A stretch of 64,000 bases of DNA from Vulcanimicrobiota bacterium (GCA_963795855.1 CAWCIZ010000002.1:448001-512000); one strand, 5' to 3'. Numbered from the stretch's first letter, positions 17,232 through 32,413 are shown. Made by a program: numbers and translations. The notes: generated by a model not told the origin, from the sequence alone.

Positions 17232-20143
17232 CAGCGCGTCCGCCTCGCGTTCCAAATCCTTTGCCTGCGCCTCGAGCGTTTGCAGGACGGCGTTTTCGGA
17301 CGCAGTCGGTGCGGCATCGGCCGCCGCCGCGCCTTCGGCTAGGTAGTCTGAGTTTACCGTAGACCTGTTGCGGATAGCGCAGCGCGTCTTCACCTTGCGT
17401 CACTTCGGGTTCGTAGATGCGGTGCAGCAACGCGTCGATTTTCCCACTGTTCGCGCCGCCCTTTGCCTTCGCCGCATTCAAGCGATCGATATCCGAACTC
17501 AAAGTTGAAAGATCGCCCCGCACGCGCTGCAGAAACGCGAGTTGCGCGCGCAGCGCCGCCATGCTCGCATGCGACCGCGGATCCATGCGCACCGCAAGCG
17601 AACCCGATGCAGTCTGCGCGCCGTCGCTGACCCGCACGGTATACGTGCCCGGAAGAACGGCCGGGCCGCCGAAACCGCCCGCACCCCACGGTACGTAATT
17701 CTTGACCGGATGCAGCGATTCATAGGCGAGATCCCACCACACGCGGTTGATGCCGGCTTTCGGCTTGTCGACCGTCAGCGTGCGAACGATGTGCGAACCG
17801 TCCAAAATCTGCACGGTAACTTTGGCGGCGGCGGCCGGCGCGTTCTTTAAGTACACGTTGATGTCAGCGCCGTAGTGCGGATTCTCTCCCGAGCCCGGCG
17901 TATCGGTGTACGAACCGATCTGATACCGGTATGCCGGCCGCAACGTAAAAAGATGCAGCGGCTGCGCGGCGATAGCGTCCGTAAGTTCCTGCATCGGATG
18001 CAGATCGTCGAGTATCCAGATCGCGCGCCCGTGCGTGCCCACGACGAGATCGTCGAAGCGCTTCTGCACGGTGAAGTCGTAGACCGGAACCGTCGGCAGA
18101 TTGTTCTGCAGCGCGATCCAGTGCGCGCCTTCGTCGTACGAAAGCCAGAGCCCGGTCTCCGTTCCGGCGTACAGCATTCCGCGGCGAACGGGATCGGCTT
18201 TGACCATGCGCGCGTAACTATCTTGCGGCAACGCTGCGCTCATTGCGGTCCAAGTTCGGCCGTAGTCGTGCGTTTTGTAGAGGTGCGGAACGCGGGAGCC
18301 GGACTTGTGATAATCCGCGACCATGTACGCCGTACGCGCGTCGAACGGCGACGGATCGACGTAGTCGATTCTGCCCCACGCTCCGGGCGCATCGTTTTTC
18401 ATAGCGGCCGGCGTCACGTTGCTCCAATGCGCTCCGCCGTCGCGGGTGAGCCACACGAGCCCGTCGTCGGTGCCCGCCCAGATCTCCCCGCCGCGCAGCG
18501 CAGACTCGGCGATGGTGAAGACGGTGTCGTAGTATTCGACGCTCGTGTTGTCCCGCGTCAAACCGCCGGAGAACTGCTGGAAGCGTTTGTCGTTGCGCGT
18601 CAAATCGCCGCTGATTGCGCGCCAGTGCACGCCGCCGTCGTCGGTGCGGAAGACTTCGTTGCCGCCCATGTACAAGCGGTGCGGATGCTCCGGCGACATC
18701 GCCAGCGGCGACGTCCATTGGAAGCGGTACTTCAGTCTGCGCGGCGGGCCAGCCCATGGCGTCTTCGGGCCACACGTCTATCGTGCGCGCCTGCTGCGTG
18801 CGACGGTCGTATTGCGTAAGCGCACCCTGATAGCCGTCGCCGTAAATCAAATTCGGATCGAGCCGATCGAAGACTATCCAGCCGCTCTCGCCGCCGCCGG
18901 CCGTGAAGAAGTCGTCGGGAGAGATGCCGCCGAACGCCAAACTATTGCTCGGGCCGCACGCACTGCCCGCGTCCTGCGTTTCCGCGCAGACGGTATACGG
19001 CGTCAGATCGTCGGTGTCGACGTGATACGCTTGCGCGATCGCGATCGGCGCGTTCAGCCACGTGTGCGATCCGTCGTTCGACACTTCCGCGCCTTCGTCG
19101 CCGCCCGCGATCATGCGCTGCGAATTCGCCGGGTCTATCCAAAGAGAGTGATAGTCGCCGCCGCGCGTGCCGCGCAGCCTTTTCACGGTCGCGCCGCCGT
19201 CGGTGGATTCCCACATCTGCACCGACATAAAAAACAGGTGATTCTGATCGTGCGGATCGACCGCGGTCGACGTGAAGTAAAACGGCCGCTGGTTGATGCC
19301 GTGGCTGCGATTGACGAGTTTCCACGTCTTGCCCCCGTCGTCGCTGCGCCACAGCGAGCCTTCTTCGGACTCGATGAGCGCGTAGACGCGTGCCGGGTTG
19401 CTGGGCGCGAATGCGACGGCAATTCTACCGGTCGTTCCCGCCGGCAATCCGTTGGCACGCAAGCGCGTCCAGCGATCGCCGCCGTCACTGGATTCGTATA
19501 AACCGTCACTCGGGCCGCCGCTGTTCAAGTGGTACGGCGTGCGCCATCCTTCCCACATTCCGGCAAAGAGGTGCTGCGGATTCGACGGATCGATCGCAAC
19601 GCTCGACGCGCCGGTGCGCGAATCGGTTGAGAGCACGCGCTGCCACGTCTTTCCACCGTCGAGCGTGCGGTATACGCCGCGCACGTCGCCGGCCTTGTAC
19701 ACGTCGCCCAGAACGGCGACGAAAACGCGGTCCGGATTGTGCGGATCGACGGCGATGCGCGAAACGGCGCCGCTCGCGTCGAGCCCGATGTGTTGCCACG
19801 TCTTGCCGGCATCGCTCGATTTCCACATGCCGTCGCCGAACGCGACGTCGTTACGAAGATTCGGTTCTCCGGTACCGACGTACACGACGTTCGCATCCGA
19901 AGGCGCTACGGCAACGGCTCCGATGGAACTGACCGGTTCGCGATTGAAGACCGCATTCCACGTAACGCCTCCGTCGGCGGATTTGAACAGGCCGCCGAGA
20001 CCGCCCGCGTAGTACGTGCGGGCGTCGCCCGTGACGCCGGTCACGGCATCGATCCTGCCGGAGAGCGGACCGATATTGCGAAAATCCAGGCCCGAATACA
20101 GCGAAGGCGAGATCGCCATGAGCAGTGCGGCTATGAACAACAT
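17223..20143 (-). CDS. Secreted VPS10/BNR-repeat beta-propeller glycosyl-hydrolase-like protein (frameshifts near 18736 and 17347)
   Basis: FRNIGP..GRI, many SxDGGxTW Asp-boxes, YRFQWTSP, GTHGRAIWILDD, GINRVWWDL; three frames joined. Confidence 0.88.
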
Positions 20144-20183
20144 GGCAACGCGCTTTCAACGCTGCGCCGCATGCGGCTCCCGG

Positions 20184-21023
20184 TCAGCGCTTTGGCACAA
20201 ACAGCGCATCGAGTTCGTCGCCCGAAATCCGATCGGCTGCAAAGGCGAACGTGCCTTCATCGCGCAGCTGCTGCGCCGCTCGGCGCACGGATGCCAGCGC
20301 ATGCGCGAATCCGGCGGGCCCGATGCTGATCCGCGCGACGCCAGACTCCGCCAAACGCCGCACCGGCGGCGTCGTCGCGTTCGCAAAAATGTTGACGGGA
20401 CCCGCGATTTCGCGCGTCAGCCGCGAGATCGCGTCCTCACCGTTCGCGCCGATGACGAACGCGCAGTCGGCGCCTGCCTCGAGAAAACGATTCGCGCGCG
20501 AGATCGCCTCCTTCAAGTGCGCGTCCGTGGTCGCGCCGGCATAGCGCAGTAAAGCGTCCGTGCGTGCGTTGATGACGATGGGAATGCCGAGACGCGCGCC
20601 CGTTTCTTTCATTGCTTCGATGCGCTCGCATTGGGCGTCGACGTCCATCAAGACACCGGGCTCCGCCGTATCCTCGATGTTCAAGCCGGCCGCGCCCGCT
20701 TCTATCGCACCGCGTGCAGTTGCTTGCGCGTCGTCCACGGTACGCCCATATGCCGCTTCCAAATCCGCGCTTACAGGCACATGCACTGCGCGAGCGATGC
20801 GCGCCACTGCGCCAAGCATGCTTTCGCGCGAGATGTGCTCGCCGTCCGGAAAGCCTTGCGTCCATGCGACCGCGGCGCTGCCCGTTGCGAGCGCGGGATA
20901 ACCGAGTTCCTCGACGATGCGCGCGCTCGCCGCGTCCCAAACGTTGAACAGCACGAGCGGTTGGCCCGGCTTGTGAAGCGAGCGCAGTGCTTGTGCGCGC
21001 TCCGCTTGCGTCGTGGAATTCAT
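20184..21023 (-). CDS. Isocitrate lyase/PEP mutase family protein
   Basis: NVWDAASAR, PVSADLEAAY, GLNIED, INARTD, AGADCAF. Confidence 0.9.
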   Translation of the reverse strand: MNSTTQAERAQALRSLHKPGQPLVLFNVWDAASARIVEELGYPALATGSAAVAWTQGFPDGEHISRESMLGAVARIARAVHVPVSADLEAAYGRTVDDAQATARGAIEAGAAGLNIEDTAEPGVLMDVDAQCERIEAMKETGARLGIPIVINARTDALLRYAGATTDAHLKEAISRANRFLEAGADCAFVIGANGEDAISRLTREIAGPVNIFANATTPPVRRLAESGVARISIGPAGFAHALASVRRAAQQLRDEGTFAFAADRISGDELDALFVPKR

Positions 21024-21121
21024 GGGCGCGCATTACCGGCTCGGAGTCGCTGAGGCCTTGCGCTGCCGGCGGCGACGGTTCCGCGGGTGTTCGGCCGCCG
21101 TTGCTTGGGAAAAGTACGTTT

Positions 21122-21406
21122 ATGGCTAGTCAGAGCGTCGCGAACCGCAGCGGATCCGAGCCCGCCCCCGGCACGTGGAGTCGGATCAAAGAGTGGTCCG
21201 GTTACGTCGTGACCGTACTGCCCTACGTCTCGGCCGGCCTCGTTCTAATTCCCAGCCTGGGCGTGTGGATCAAGGCTGGAATACTGGTCGTCTTCGTCGT
21301 GCTGGTCCTCGTAGTCCGCATCTGCCACGAAAAGGCCGGCATCGCGGTGACCGCACCGGACGAACGCCAAAAACGTCCGAGCACCTTGCGCACCCGAAGT
21401 CGTTAG
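21122..21406 (+). CDS. Small membrane protein (94 aa, two TM helices)
   Basis: Two hydrophobic segments and a basic C-terminal tail. Confidence 0.5.
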   Translation: MASQSVANRSGSEPAPGTWSRIKEWSGYVVTVLPYVSAGLVLIPSLGVWIKAGILVVFVVLVLVVRICHEKAGIAVTAPDERQKRPSTLRTRSR

Positions 21407-21888
21407 AGCGCCGGAATCCTCACTGCGCCGGCGGCGACGTCGCTGCCGAATGCGCGCAGGAAGCGCGCCTGATCTTCATGCTTGCCGTCCGGTTCGAAGT
21501 CGAACCGCCGCTGCTCGGCGATAGCGCTTTCTACTTCGTAGCCTTGCGCGAGGCGCACCGCCGCGCAGAACGTGGATGTGCGTCCTTCGCCGCCCTTGCA
21601 GTGAACGAAAAGGCGATCCGTCGCGCTGCATTCGCGGCAGAGTTCGAGCCATTCACCGATCTGTTCGTAGTCTGGAGCGCGATCGTTCTTCACCGGAATG
21701 TGCACGTATCGAAGCCCGGCGTTTTCTACGATCTTTCGCTCATCGCGTTCCCGGAGATTTATGACGAGGCTCACCCCTTGCATTTTCAGCTTTTCGTACG
21801 CGCCACGGCCGGGTTGACCGCCGCGGGCAAGCCACGAATCGTACCACGCGAAGCGTTCGATCTCGTCCATGGTCCGTTGTTCCCACAT
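21403..21888 (-). CDS. Protein-tyrosine/dual-specificity phosphatase family protein
   Basis: CX5R loop VHCKGGEGRT, VINLR, YVHIPV. Confidence 0.9.
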   Translation of the reverse strand: MWEQRTMDEIERFAWYDSWLARGGQPGRGAYEKLKMQGVSLVINLRERDERKIVENAGLRYVHIPVKNDRAPDYEQIGEWLELCRECSATDRLFVHCKGGEGRTSTFCAAVRLAQGYEVESAIAEQRRFDFEPDGKHEDQARFLRAFGSDVAAGAVRIPAL

Positions 21889-21915
21889 ATCCGACGAGAG
21901 ATTTCATCGTCGCAT

Positions 21916-23106
21916 TTACAGCAGGGAGAACAGCGCCGGAATGACGTCGTACGGATCGGGCCCGCTGCCGTCGTTCGTGAGCACGATGATGTCGATGCCG
22001 TCGTTCGGGAAGGTCGCGTTCATCGACTGAAATCCGCCGATAGCGCCGTCGTGCCAAATATAGAGATGTCCGCTCAAGGAGCTGATTAGCCAGCCGTCCG
22101 CGTACGTTCCGTACGACTGCGGAAACGGACCGGGCGCGAACATTTGCGTCAGGGAGTCCTGCGTAAATAATCCGGGCGCGCGTACCGCTTCGTCCCATTT
22201 TTCCAGATCGCCGACGGTCGACGTCAGGCCGCCGGGCCCGGCCAGCCACTCGAGATTCCACTGATAGATGCGCTGCGGTCCGTTTCCCCTATCCGCATAG
22301 CCCAGCGCGAGATCCGTCGTTCCCGCCGGCGGATATCCTTGCTGCGTGTGCGTCATTCCGAGCGGCGCGAAAATACGCTGCTGCAAGAATGCGCCGAGTG
22401 GTTCACCGCTCACGCGCGCCACGATTATGCCCAGCAGCAGATAATTCGTATTCGAGTAATCGTAGCGGCTGCCCGGCGCAAACAGCAGCGGAAACCCCGC
22501 GAGTTCGTCGACGATCGGTTGGCGGTCGCTTTGCCCGCTCGCCAAAAAGGCGTTGTATGCCGGCGAAAAATCAGGATACGAAAAGAAATTATTGTAATCG
22601 ACGAATCCGCTGCTGTGCTGCAAAAGATTCACGAGGGTCATGCTCGCCGCGCCCGGCAGCGCCGGAAAGTATTTCGACACCGGATCGTGCACCGAAAGTT
22701 TGCCGTCCTGTTGTAAAAGCAGGATAGCGCCGGCCGTGAATTCTTTACTCACCGATGCCAGATCGAAGACGGTGTTCGAATCGGGCGCGAATTCGCCGCG
22801 CGGCAGATTCAGAACGGTATCGGGTTGCGGAATACCCCAAACGTTCCTTGCGAAAAACGAATCCGGTTTTCCGCGATCGCGTAATCCGTAGCCGTGCACG
22901 TACACCGGAACGTTTCTGCGGTAGATCGCCAGTTCGACGCCCGAGTCCGCGCCGAAGTTGCGCTCGATGACACTATCGAACGTCGTGCCCGTCGATGGAG
23001 CGGGCCGCGCGGAAGTCGTGGGCGCGACGGGCGGCGGACCGCCCGAACCTCCGCCGCACCCGCAGATTATGCTTGTGGCCGCGAACAGTGCGAGAATGCG
23101 TTTCAC
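21916..23106 (-). CDS. Serine hydrolase (beta-lactamase/PBP family) lipoprotein
   Basis: Lipobox ICGC, ASVSK, LLQHSSG, YSNTNY, WHDG. Confidence 0.88.
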   Translation of the reverse strand: MKRILALFAATSIICGCGGGSGGPPPVAPTTSARPAPSTGTTFDSVIERNFGADSGVELAIYRRNVPVYVHGYGLRDRGKPDSFFARNVWGIPQPDTVLNLPRGEFAPDSNTVFDLASVSKEFTAGAILLLQQDGKLSVHDPVSKYFPALPGAASMTLVNLLQHSSGFVDYNNFFSYPDFSPAYNAFLASGQSDRQPIVDELAGFPLLFAPGSRYDYSNTNYLLLGIIVARVSGEPLGAFLQQRIFAPLGMTHTQQGYPPAGTTDLALGYADRGNGPQRIYQWNLEWLAGPGGLTSTVGDLEKWDEAVRAPGLFTQDSLTQMFAPGPFPQSYGTYADGWLISSLSGHLYIWHDGAIGGFQSMNATFPNDGIDIIVLTNDGSGPDPYDVIPALFSLL

Positions 23107-23164
23107 GGTACGCGTATCATCGCATCGCGCGCCGAAAAAGTCTTGAGGGAACGCTCAGGAAACG

Positions 23165-24551
23165 CTAAGCGCGGCTCTCGCGAAGCCAGCGTTTGAATTC
23201 CGAGTCTGCGCGCAGCGGATCGAGCCGGGGATCCGGCGCAAACAGCCGGCGCGAACTCGAATCGACGCGCTCGAGCCATGCAAGCGCCGCCGCATGCTCG
23301 TGCCGAGAGGCAAGCGCGGCTGCAAGAGAAAGGATGGCCGACGGATCCGTCACGACGCCTCGTTCCCGAACCAGCGCCTGAGCGCGAGCAAAATCGCGAT
23401 TCGATGCGGCGCGATTGCCGTCTTGGCTTTCGTAGAAACTGAGCAACGCATCGACGTCCACATCGGGGGTGCCGGTTCGCCCTAACGCCCGAAGTTCGCG
23501 TTCCGCCTTCTGCCGGTCGGTCTGTCCGTCGGACAGCGCCAGAACGAACGCGGCCGATCGGTCGGCCGGACTTTGGGCCAGCGACTGCTTCGAGTATGCC
23601 TTGCTCTGCGAATAATCGCGCCGCAGATAAGCGAGCAATGCGAGATCGTCCCCGGCTTGCGTCCAGCTCGTATTGAGCGCCAATGCCGCCCGAAATTGCA
23701 CGGACGCCGCCCGGCTATCGCCGCGCTCCATCAGCAGTTCGCCGTACCACGTACGCGCTTCGACCAGCGTCGGATCGAGCGGCACCGCCCTGTGCAACTC
23801 TTCTTCCGCCAAACCGGCGCCGGCGAAGAGTCGGATTCGCTCTTCCGAACGCGGCATGTGCGTCGGCGGAAGCAGGATCGATGCTCACGGCACGACGCGC
23901 GGCTTGGAATGCGGCGCGCGCGTCGACGATCATCTGCGGCGTGCCGGCGGCTCGAACGGCAAGGCTCAAATACGCGTCAGCCAAGCCCGCGTATCCGAGC
24001 GCGCTGCGCGGTTCTTGCCGAACGGCGGTTTCGAAGTACGTTATCGCTCTGCGATCGTCGCCCGAGTTCTTTCCGTTGGCCCAATAGTAATAGCCCAACG
24101 CATACGCCGGCGGTATGTTCGGCGGCGGCTGGTGACGCTGATTCCACAAGAACGCACCGGCGGCGAGCGCGATGACCGCACCAAGAGCAGCTGCTGCAAG
24201 CCGCAGCCGCGAACCCGGCACCGGTACGGATGATTGCTCACTGCTCGCCTGCGCGATCTGCAAGCGGTAGCCGCGGCGCGGCACGGTTTCTATGCGTATG
24301 GCCGGATCCCACTCACGCAGTGTCCCGCGCAGTTGGTACACACTCTGCGTGAGGCTCGACTCGGCGACGTCGGCGTCGGGCCACACCGCGTCCATCAGCG
24401 CCGTTTTCGAAACGACTTCGCCGCGCCGTTCGAGCAGAGCGCAGAGCACCTCGAACGTTTTGGGCGAGAGCGGCACGATTTGCTCGCCGCAGCGCAGCAC
24501 GCGCTCTTCGAAGTGTGCGGTGCAACGGTCGAGCCGACGTGTTTCCTTCAT
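23165..24551 (-). CDS. Winged-helix DNA-binding + TM + TPR protein (frameshift near 23830)
   Basis: LSPKTFEVL..LMDAVWPD..IETVPRRGYRL, TM segment, TPR-like helices, DPRLDPLR. Confidence 0.82.
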
Positions 24552-24643
24552 CGTTTCATGAGAACTCGCTGACCATACGCTGGGGACTTCGACGCCCGGC
24601 GATGGGATGATTCTCGTGCGCCGCCGCGCGGAAAGGCTTCTGT

Positions 24644-25308
24644 ATGCGTCATGCGATTGCCCCGGCCGGACTTGCCGGACTGCTGCTCTGTGCGTGCGGC
24701 GGGGGCGGCGCAGGGGGCGGTCCGGGCCCCACTCCCACGCCGGTACCCACGGCGACCCCGGTCACGTACTATCAGCCTCTCGCCGCCGGCGACGTTTGGG
24801 TGTACATGTGCCACAATACCATCGACAAGTCCGAGGCGGCTTTCACAATTCAAAATGCAATCCTCGGCACGACGACCGTCAGCGGTCAAACTGTGTACGA
24901 GCTCCGCTGCAAATACCGAGTTCGCCGACGCAGAGCACGACGGTCATTCAGTTGCTCGCAAACGACGCGAAGGGCAATACGTCGATTTACGGCTATCTGG
25001 TGAACGGCACCGCGCAGCCAATCGCAGCGGCCGTCCTCGTTGCTGCGAATCCGGGTCTCAAAGGCACGGCATACGACTATGCGGCGCCGGACGGCACCAC
25101 GATTACGCGCATCTACGAAGGTATGGAACAAAGCAACCCAACGAAACTCGGCACGTTCACCGTCGCGCCGTATTTCGAAAGCAATTCGACGCACAATTAC
25201 GGGTACGCGTTAGGGACCGGAATCGTCGAGGAAGATCACGGACCGAACTTTCAATACGACTGCCTAATCCAAAGCGCCACGGTTAAAACCGCCGAAGCGC
25301 GTACGTGA
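24644..25308 (+). CDS. Lipoprotein of unknown function (frameshift near 24903)
   Basis: Lipobox LCAC, PT linker, YYQPLAAGDVWVY; continues in a second frame to YALGTGIVEE. Confidence 0.65.
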
Positions 25309-25317
25309 CGGCAACTA

Positions 25318-25344
25318 CAAAGGGCGCCGTTTCGGCGCCCTTTG
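25318..25344. terminator. Bidirectional intrinsic terminator
   Basis: CAAAGGGCGCCG-TTT-CGGCGCCCTTTG between convergent genes. Confidence 0.8.
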
Positions 25345-25349
25345 CGGAC

Positions 25350-27848
<2,499 letters not shown>

Positions 27849-27973
27849 GGTCTGTCTCTAAACTCCTTACTTGCGATCCGCGCCCTACGAGTTGCTACCG
27901 GATATACCCGTTTAGGTTGCTTGACAGGCTCGTCCAGGAAATCCCCATCAAGCCGTTTATCGTGAGAACGTAT

Positions 27974-28000
27974 AACCCCGCCCGGGCGTGTTAAGGTTCC
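27974..28000 (-). promoter_or_regulatory. Possible ECF (SigH/SigR-like) promoter of clpC
   Basis: GGAAC-19 nt-GTT on the minus strand; a GGGTATAT element also lies at 27902-27909. Confidence 0.35.
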
Positions 28001-28019
28001 GCTTGCGTTACCGGGTTAT

Positions 28020-28478
28020 TCAAAAGCTGAAGCGTACGCCGGCAAACCCGACCGTCGACCCCGAGCTTTGGGTCTGCTTATAGAAACGAAACTCGATCGA
28101 CGTCAGCGGCGCAATGGATTTGCCCGCGAACAACGTGATGACCGTGCCGGTCGACCCGTCGATGGAAAGCGTGCCCACGCCCGCCCCTGCCCCGATGTAG
28201 GCTCCGCCATATCCGCCTCCGGTGAATCCACGAACCTCCGCAGTCGCGGCATAGCCGCCTTTTCCGCTGAGAGGGACCAAGAGGGAGCCCTGTACCTCGA
28301 GCGGCACGGCCGGAACCGACGCTCCGCTGCTTACAATCGCCGCCGCGCCGGTCTGGGAGGGGGTGTCTCGCAAAAATCCGCCCGCCGCAACGGATATCGA
28401 GGCGAGCGCGTGCACCGGGAACGAAGCCAAAAATGCCGCGGTCAGTGCCGCCCCGAGCGTCCTGAACGATATACGCAT
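28020..28478 (-). CDS. Small outer-membrane beta-barrel-like protein
   Basis: Signal peptide, Gly/aromatic beta strands, C-terminal VRFSF. Confidence 0.6.
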   Translation of the reverse strand: MRISFRTLGAALTAAFLASFPVHALASISVAAGGFLRDTPSQTGAAAIVSSGASVPAVPLEVQGSLLVPLSGKGGYAATAEVRGFTGGGYGGAYIGAGAGVGTLSIDGSTGTVITLFAGKSIAPLTSIEFRFYKQTQSSGSTVGFAGVRFSF

Positions 28479-28512
28479 GGGTCAGGGGGTTGGCGACGAA
28501 GCCAAACACATC

Positions 28513-28824
28513 ATGCCGACCGTGGAACAAGTGCGCGACGCGCTCAAAGACGTAAAGGATCCGGAGCTGAACATTCCCGTACTCGATCTCGGATTGGTCT
28601 ACGACATTTCGACCGAAGGCGAGCACGGCGAATTCGTTACGGTGACGATGACGCTCACCTCGCCGATGTGTCCCGTCGGGCCGATGTTCAAGCAAAACGT
28701 CGAGGATGCGGTGCGCGCAGTCGAAGGCGTGAAAACGGTGACGGTCGACGTGACGTTCACGCCGCCGTGGGATCCGCGCGAGATGGCGACGGACGACGTC
28801 AAAATGATGCTCGGGATCTGGTGA
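28513..28824 (+). CDS. Metal-sulfur cluster assembly factor (SufT/DUF59)
   Basis: VKDPELNIPVLDLGLVY, MTLTSPMCP, FTPPW. Confidence 0.92.
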   Translation: MPTVEQVRDALKDVKDPELNIPVLDLGLVYDISTEGEHGEFVTVTMTLTSPMCPVGPMFKQNVEDAVRAVEGVKTVTVDVTFTPPWDPREMATDDVKMMLGIW

Positions 28825-28845
28825 AACGCGCCCCTTCGGGTGCGG

Positions 28846-29310
28846 TTAGTGTTTCGTGCAGTAATCGGTGACGGGCGCGTCGGGTTTTCCGTCAACGACG
28901 CGCGTGAACGAACGCTCGATACGCGCCGGAGATGCGAGCTTCCACGTGGCGACGCCGTGCATGATGCCGCTGTCGGAGTAGTATGCGCCGCCTGCCCACG
29001 TCCAGACGTTGTCTTTATCGGGACCAGAGGACGTGCTCACGCCGAACGAACCGTCGTAATGAAAATCCTGGTAGGCCCAGTCATTTTGAGACGGCACGTA
29101 GCCGACGTACGCGACGCCCCCGTTGCCGTTATCCTGCGGTCCCCACCGAACGACGGCCCATTTGTCGCCGGGCGCGGCCTCCACGTTCCACTCAGTCGTC
29201 GAGGAGTGCGCGGGACGATCGGCCGTCGCGGGAATCGTCATGTGGCAGCTCCATGCGCCGGCGAACGTCTGCGCAAAGAGGTTGACCGCCGCAACGAGCA
29301 CTCCAAGCAT
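28846..29310 (-). CDS. Secreted hypothetical protein
   Basis: AGGAG SD, FAGAWSC...terminal C pattern, beta-rich. Confidence 0.65.
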   Translation of the reverse strand: MLGVLVAAVNLFAQTFAGAWSCHMTIPATADRPAHSSTTEWNVEAAPGDKWAVVRWGPQDNGNGGVAYVGYVPSQNDWAYQDFHYDGSFGVSTSSGPDKDNVWTWAGGAYYSDSGIMHGVATWKLASPARIERSFTRVVDGKPDAPVTDYCTKH

Positions 29311-29379
29311 CTCCACTCCTCATGCAAGCGCCCAGGGTAGGTCTTCTTACGCCGCGTCGACCCTGCAACCCCTCGTCAT

Positions 29380-30798
29380 TTATCGCAGGAACCGAACGTT
29401 CAAAACCGCCTGCCGATTCATATCGCCGACGCCGCCGAACGGCACGATGGCGCCTATTTCCAGGCCGGTGCCGTTCTTGCGCCGGAACCGCACGTCGAAG
29501 GCGGCGCTGTACTCCGGCCGTCCGTTGCCGAACGACTGCCCGTAGTCGTGCGCGTACGTGAGCGATGAAACCAGATTGAAAGCGTCGCTTGCTTTCCACG
29601 TAATGCCGCCGGTATACGTGCGGCTCGTGCTCGGAAACGGCGGGGCATCGTGCGCGAAATTCACGCCCCCGGTCAGTTGTACGCGCGCATTCACCGGAAG
29701 CGTGCTCCAAAGGCCGGCGCTGCTGGCGAGCGTCCCGCGCCCGTAGTTGTAGAACGATTCGCCTAAATCGAATGAGCCGGAGATCGTCGACCGTCCGACG
29801 TGCGCGGTATTCGTGTCGAAATGCAGTTCCGGCGTGATGCGAAAATCCTGGCTGACCGGCCAATCGCCGGGGTGCACGTCATGGCCCAAGTCGATTTGCA
29901 GCCGGCTGGACCCGAGGCCGCGAACGGGCCGCTGATTTCCCGCGAACAGCAAATCGTCGCTGCGCGTGCCGTTATACTGCGCGAACGAAAGCGATGCAAA
30001 GCCGTGCCGGGTCGACGACGCGAGCGCATAGCGAAGCGATCGCGATTGGAGGAGTGAGGAGCCCGTCAACGACTGCGAGAGCGAATCGTTGATGCGCTGG
30101 TAGGCGCCGATATCGAAGCGGTTGCCGTCGACGTCCAGCGTTTGCGCGAGCGCGACGTAGCCGCGATCGCTCGAAGCGAAATGCTCTTCCATTCCGGCGC
30201 CGGGGCCGCCGTTGTATTTGTCGTAGCGCACGCGCGCGAAAGTGTAGCCGTCCGACCCGCTCGACACGACCAGCGGCCATTCGAGCGCCGCGGACGGAAC
30301 CGGCGAGGAGCCGAAGTCTTTCGCGCTCGGCGGCGGAATGCCGTACGTGTACGACGCTGCCGGCACGAACGCGGTGCCCGATCGCACCTGCGCGTTGCTG
30401 AAGATGATTGAAACTGCGGGCTGAATCTCGACTTGCTGTCCGACTGCGAGCGCGTCGATCGTATTGAATTGCGGCACGATCGCATTGGGCGCGAACGTTC
30501 CGCGCTTGTGCGCGAAATCGTACACGTACCCTTCTCCGGACGAAGTTCCCGCCGGGCCTTTCACGGTGACGTCGCCGGCCATCGTCAGTCGATTGCCGCG
30601 CAGGTCGTACGCCGCGCGCGTCGCGTCGAATTCGACGTTGTCGAAGCGAAGCGCAACGCCGCCCTGCGCGATCAGGAGGCTGCGATCGGCGTACAGCGCA
30701 ATCTGCTGCGCCGTCATGACGGCGGCATGCGTCTGAGCCCGCGATGGGACTGGGAGTAAGAAAAGAACGGCGCAGAGAGCCGCCGTGAGGCGCCGCAT
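29380..30798 (-). CDS. Outer-membrane protein with OstA/LptD-like N-terminal domain
   Basis: Signal peptide, [21 protein letters not shown] jellyroll-like repeats, beta-strand C-terminal half. Confidence 0.55.
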   Translation of the reverse strand: MRRLTAALCAVLFLLPVPSRAQTHAAVMTAQQIALYADRSLLIAQGGVALRFDNVEFDATRAAYDLRGNRLTMAGDVTVKGPAGTSSGEGYVYDFAHKRGTFAPNAIVPQFNTIDALAVGQQVEIQPAVSIIFSNAQVRSGTAFVPAASYTYGIPPPSAKDFGSSPVPSAALEWPLVVSSGSDGYTFARVRYDKYNGGPGAGMEEHFASSDRGYVALAQTLDVDGNRFDIGAYQRINDSLSQSLTGSSLLQSRSLRYALASSTRHGFASLSFAQYNGTRSDDLLFAGNQRPVRGLGSSRLQIDLGHDVHPGDWPVSQDFRITPELHFDTNTAHVGRSTISGSFDLGESFYNYGRGTLASSAGLWSTLPVNARVQLTGGVNFAHDAPPFPSTSRTYTGGITWKASDAFNLVSSLTYAHDYGQSFGNGRPEYSAAFDVRFRRKNGTGLEIGAIVPFGGVGDMNRQAVLNVRFLR

Positions 30799-30859
30799 AG
30801 CCGATTGTTCCTTTACCGACCGGCGGGGACCTCGCGCCTTCGCGTTCAAGCCACAGCCG

Positions 30860-32413
30860 ATGAGGACGCACGAGGAGAAGTACGCGGAGCTGCTGCGTAA
30901 ACGCGAGCAGGCTCAAACGCCGGCCGGTCCCGACGCGGTAGAGAAGCAGCACGAACGCGGAAAACGGACTGCACGCGAGCGTGTCGAGGCGCTCGTGGAT
31001 CCGAGCTCGTTCATCGAACTCGACCAGTTTGCCGTGCACCGCACGACGGCGTTCGGACTCGGCGAAAAAGAATTCCTCGGCGACGGCGTCGTGACGGGGC
31101 GCGCCACGATAGACGGACGGCAAATCTTCCTCTTCTCGCAAGACTTCACGGTGCTCGGCGGATCGCTGGGCGAAGTCTTCGCGGAAAAGATTTGCAAAGT
31201 GATGGACCTGGCGGTGCGTACGGGATCGCCGATGATCGGGATCAACGATTCGGGCGGCGCGCGCATACAGGAAGGCGTCGTGAGCCTCGGCGGCTACGCC
31301 GAAATCTTTTGGCGAAACGTTCAAGCCAGCGGCGTGATTCCGCAGATCAGCCTCATCGCCGGTCCGTGCGCGGGCGGCGCCGTATATTCGCCGGCCATCA
31401 CCGACTTCATCATCATGACCGAGCAGATCGCGCAGATGTTCATCACCGGTCCGGAAATCATCAAGACCGTGACCGGCGAAGACGTCACCTTCGAGCAGCT
31501 CGGCGGAGCGACCACGCACGCCACGAAAAGCGGCGTCGCGCATTTGACGGCGGGCGACGAAGACGAGATGGTCGACATGACCAAGACGCTGCTGTCCTAC
31601 GTTCCGCAGAACAATGTGGACGATCCCCCGCGCTTCGCGTGCGACGACGATCCGGAGCGGCTGGTGATGGAACTGGACGACGTCGTGCCCGATTCGCCGA
31701 ACAAGCCGTACGATATGCACGACGTCATTCTGCCGGCGCTCGACAACGGCGATTTCTTCGAATTGCAGCCGCTCTACGCGCAAAACATCGTGACCGGGTT
31801 CGGGCGGGTCGGCGGCACGACCGTGGGCGTCGTGGCGAACCAGCCCAACGTCTTAGCCGGGGTGCTCGACATTAAAAGCTCGATCAAAGCGGCGCGCTTC
31901 GTGCGGTTTTGCGACGCGTTCAACATCCCGCTCGTGACGTTCGTCGACGTTCCCGGCTTCCTGCCGGGAACGGATCAGGAATACGGCGGGATCATCACGC
32001 ACGGCGCGAAATTGCTGTACGCATACGCCGAAGCCAGCGTGCCGAAGATTACGATCATCACGCGCAAAGCGTACGGCGGCGCGTACGACGTCATGGCCAG
32101 CAAGCACATCCGCGCGGACGTGAACGTCGCCTGGCCCACGGCCGAGATCGCGGTCATGGGCGCGGAAGGCGCCGTTAAAACGATCTTCCGCCGCGACATC
32201 GCTGCAGCCGAGAACAAAGAAGCGAAGATGCAGGAACTCGTCGACATGTATACCGAGCGCTTCGCCAACCCGTTCATCGCCGCGCAGCGCGGCTACGTCG
32301 ACGACATCATCGAAGCGCGTATGACGCGGCGCGTCATCGCAAAATCGCTGGAGATGCTCGCGAACAAACGCGTCGAGCGCCCAAAACGCAAACATGGAAA
32401 CATCCCGCTATGA
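30860..32413 (+). CDS. pccB: Acyl-CoA (propionyl-CoA) carboxylase carboxyltransferase beta subunit
   Basis: [44 protein letters not shown]. Confidence 0.95.
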   Translation: MRTHEEKYAELLRKREQAQTPAGPDAVEKQHERGKRTARERVEALVDPSSFIELDQFAVHRTTAFGLGEKEFLGDGVVTGRATIDGRQIFLFSQDFTVLGGSLGEVFAEKICKVMDLAVRTGSPMIGINDSGGARIQEGVVSLGGYAEIFWRNVQASGVIPQISLIAGPCAGGAVYSPAITDFIIMTEQIAQMFITGPEIIKTVTGEDVTFEQLGGATTHATKSGVAHLTAGDEDEMVDMTKTLLSYVPQNNVDDPPRFACDDDPERLVMELDDVVPDSPNKPYDMHDVILPALDNGDFFELQPLYAQNIVTGFGRVGGTTVGVVANQPNVLAGVLDIKSSIKAARFVRFCDAFNIPLVTFVDVPGFLPGTDQEYGGIITHGAKLLYAYAEASVPKITIITRKAYGGAYDVMASKHIRADVNVAWPTAEIAVMGAEGAVKTIFRRDIAAAENKEAKMQELVDMYTERFANPFIAAQRGYVDDIIEARMTRRVIAKSLEMLANKRVERPKRKHGNIPL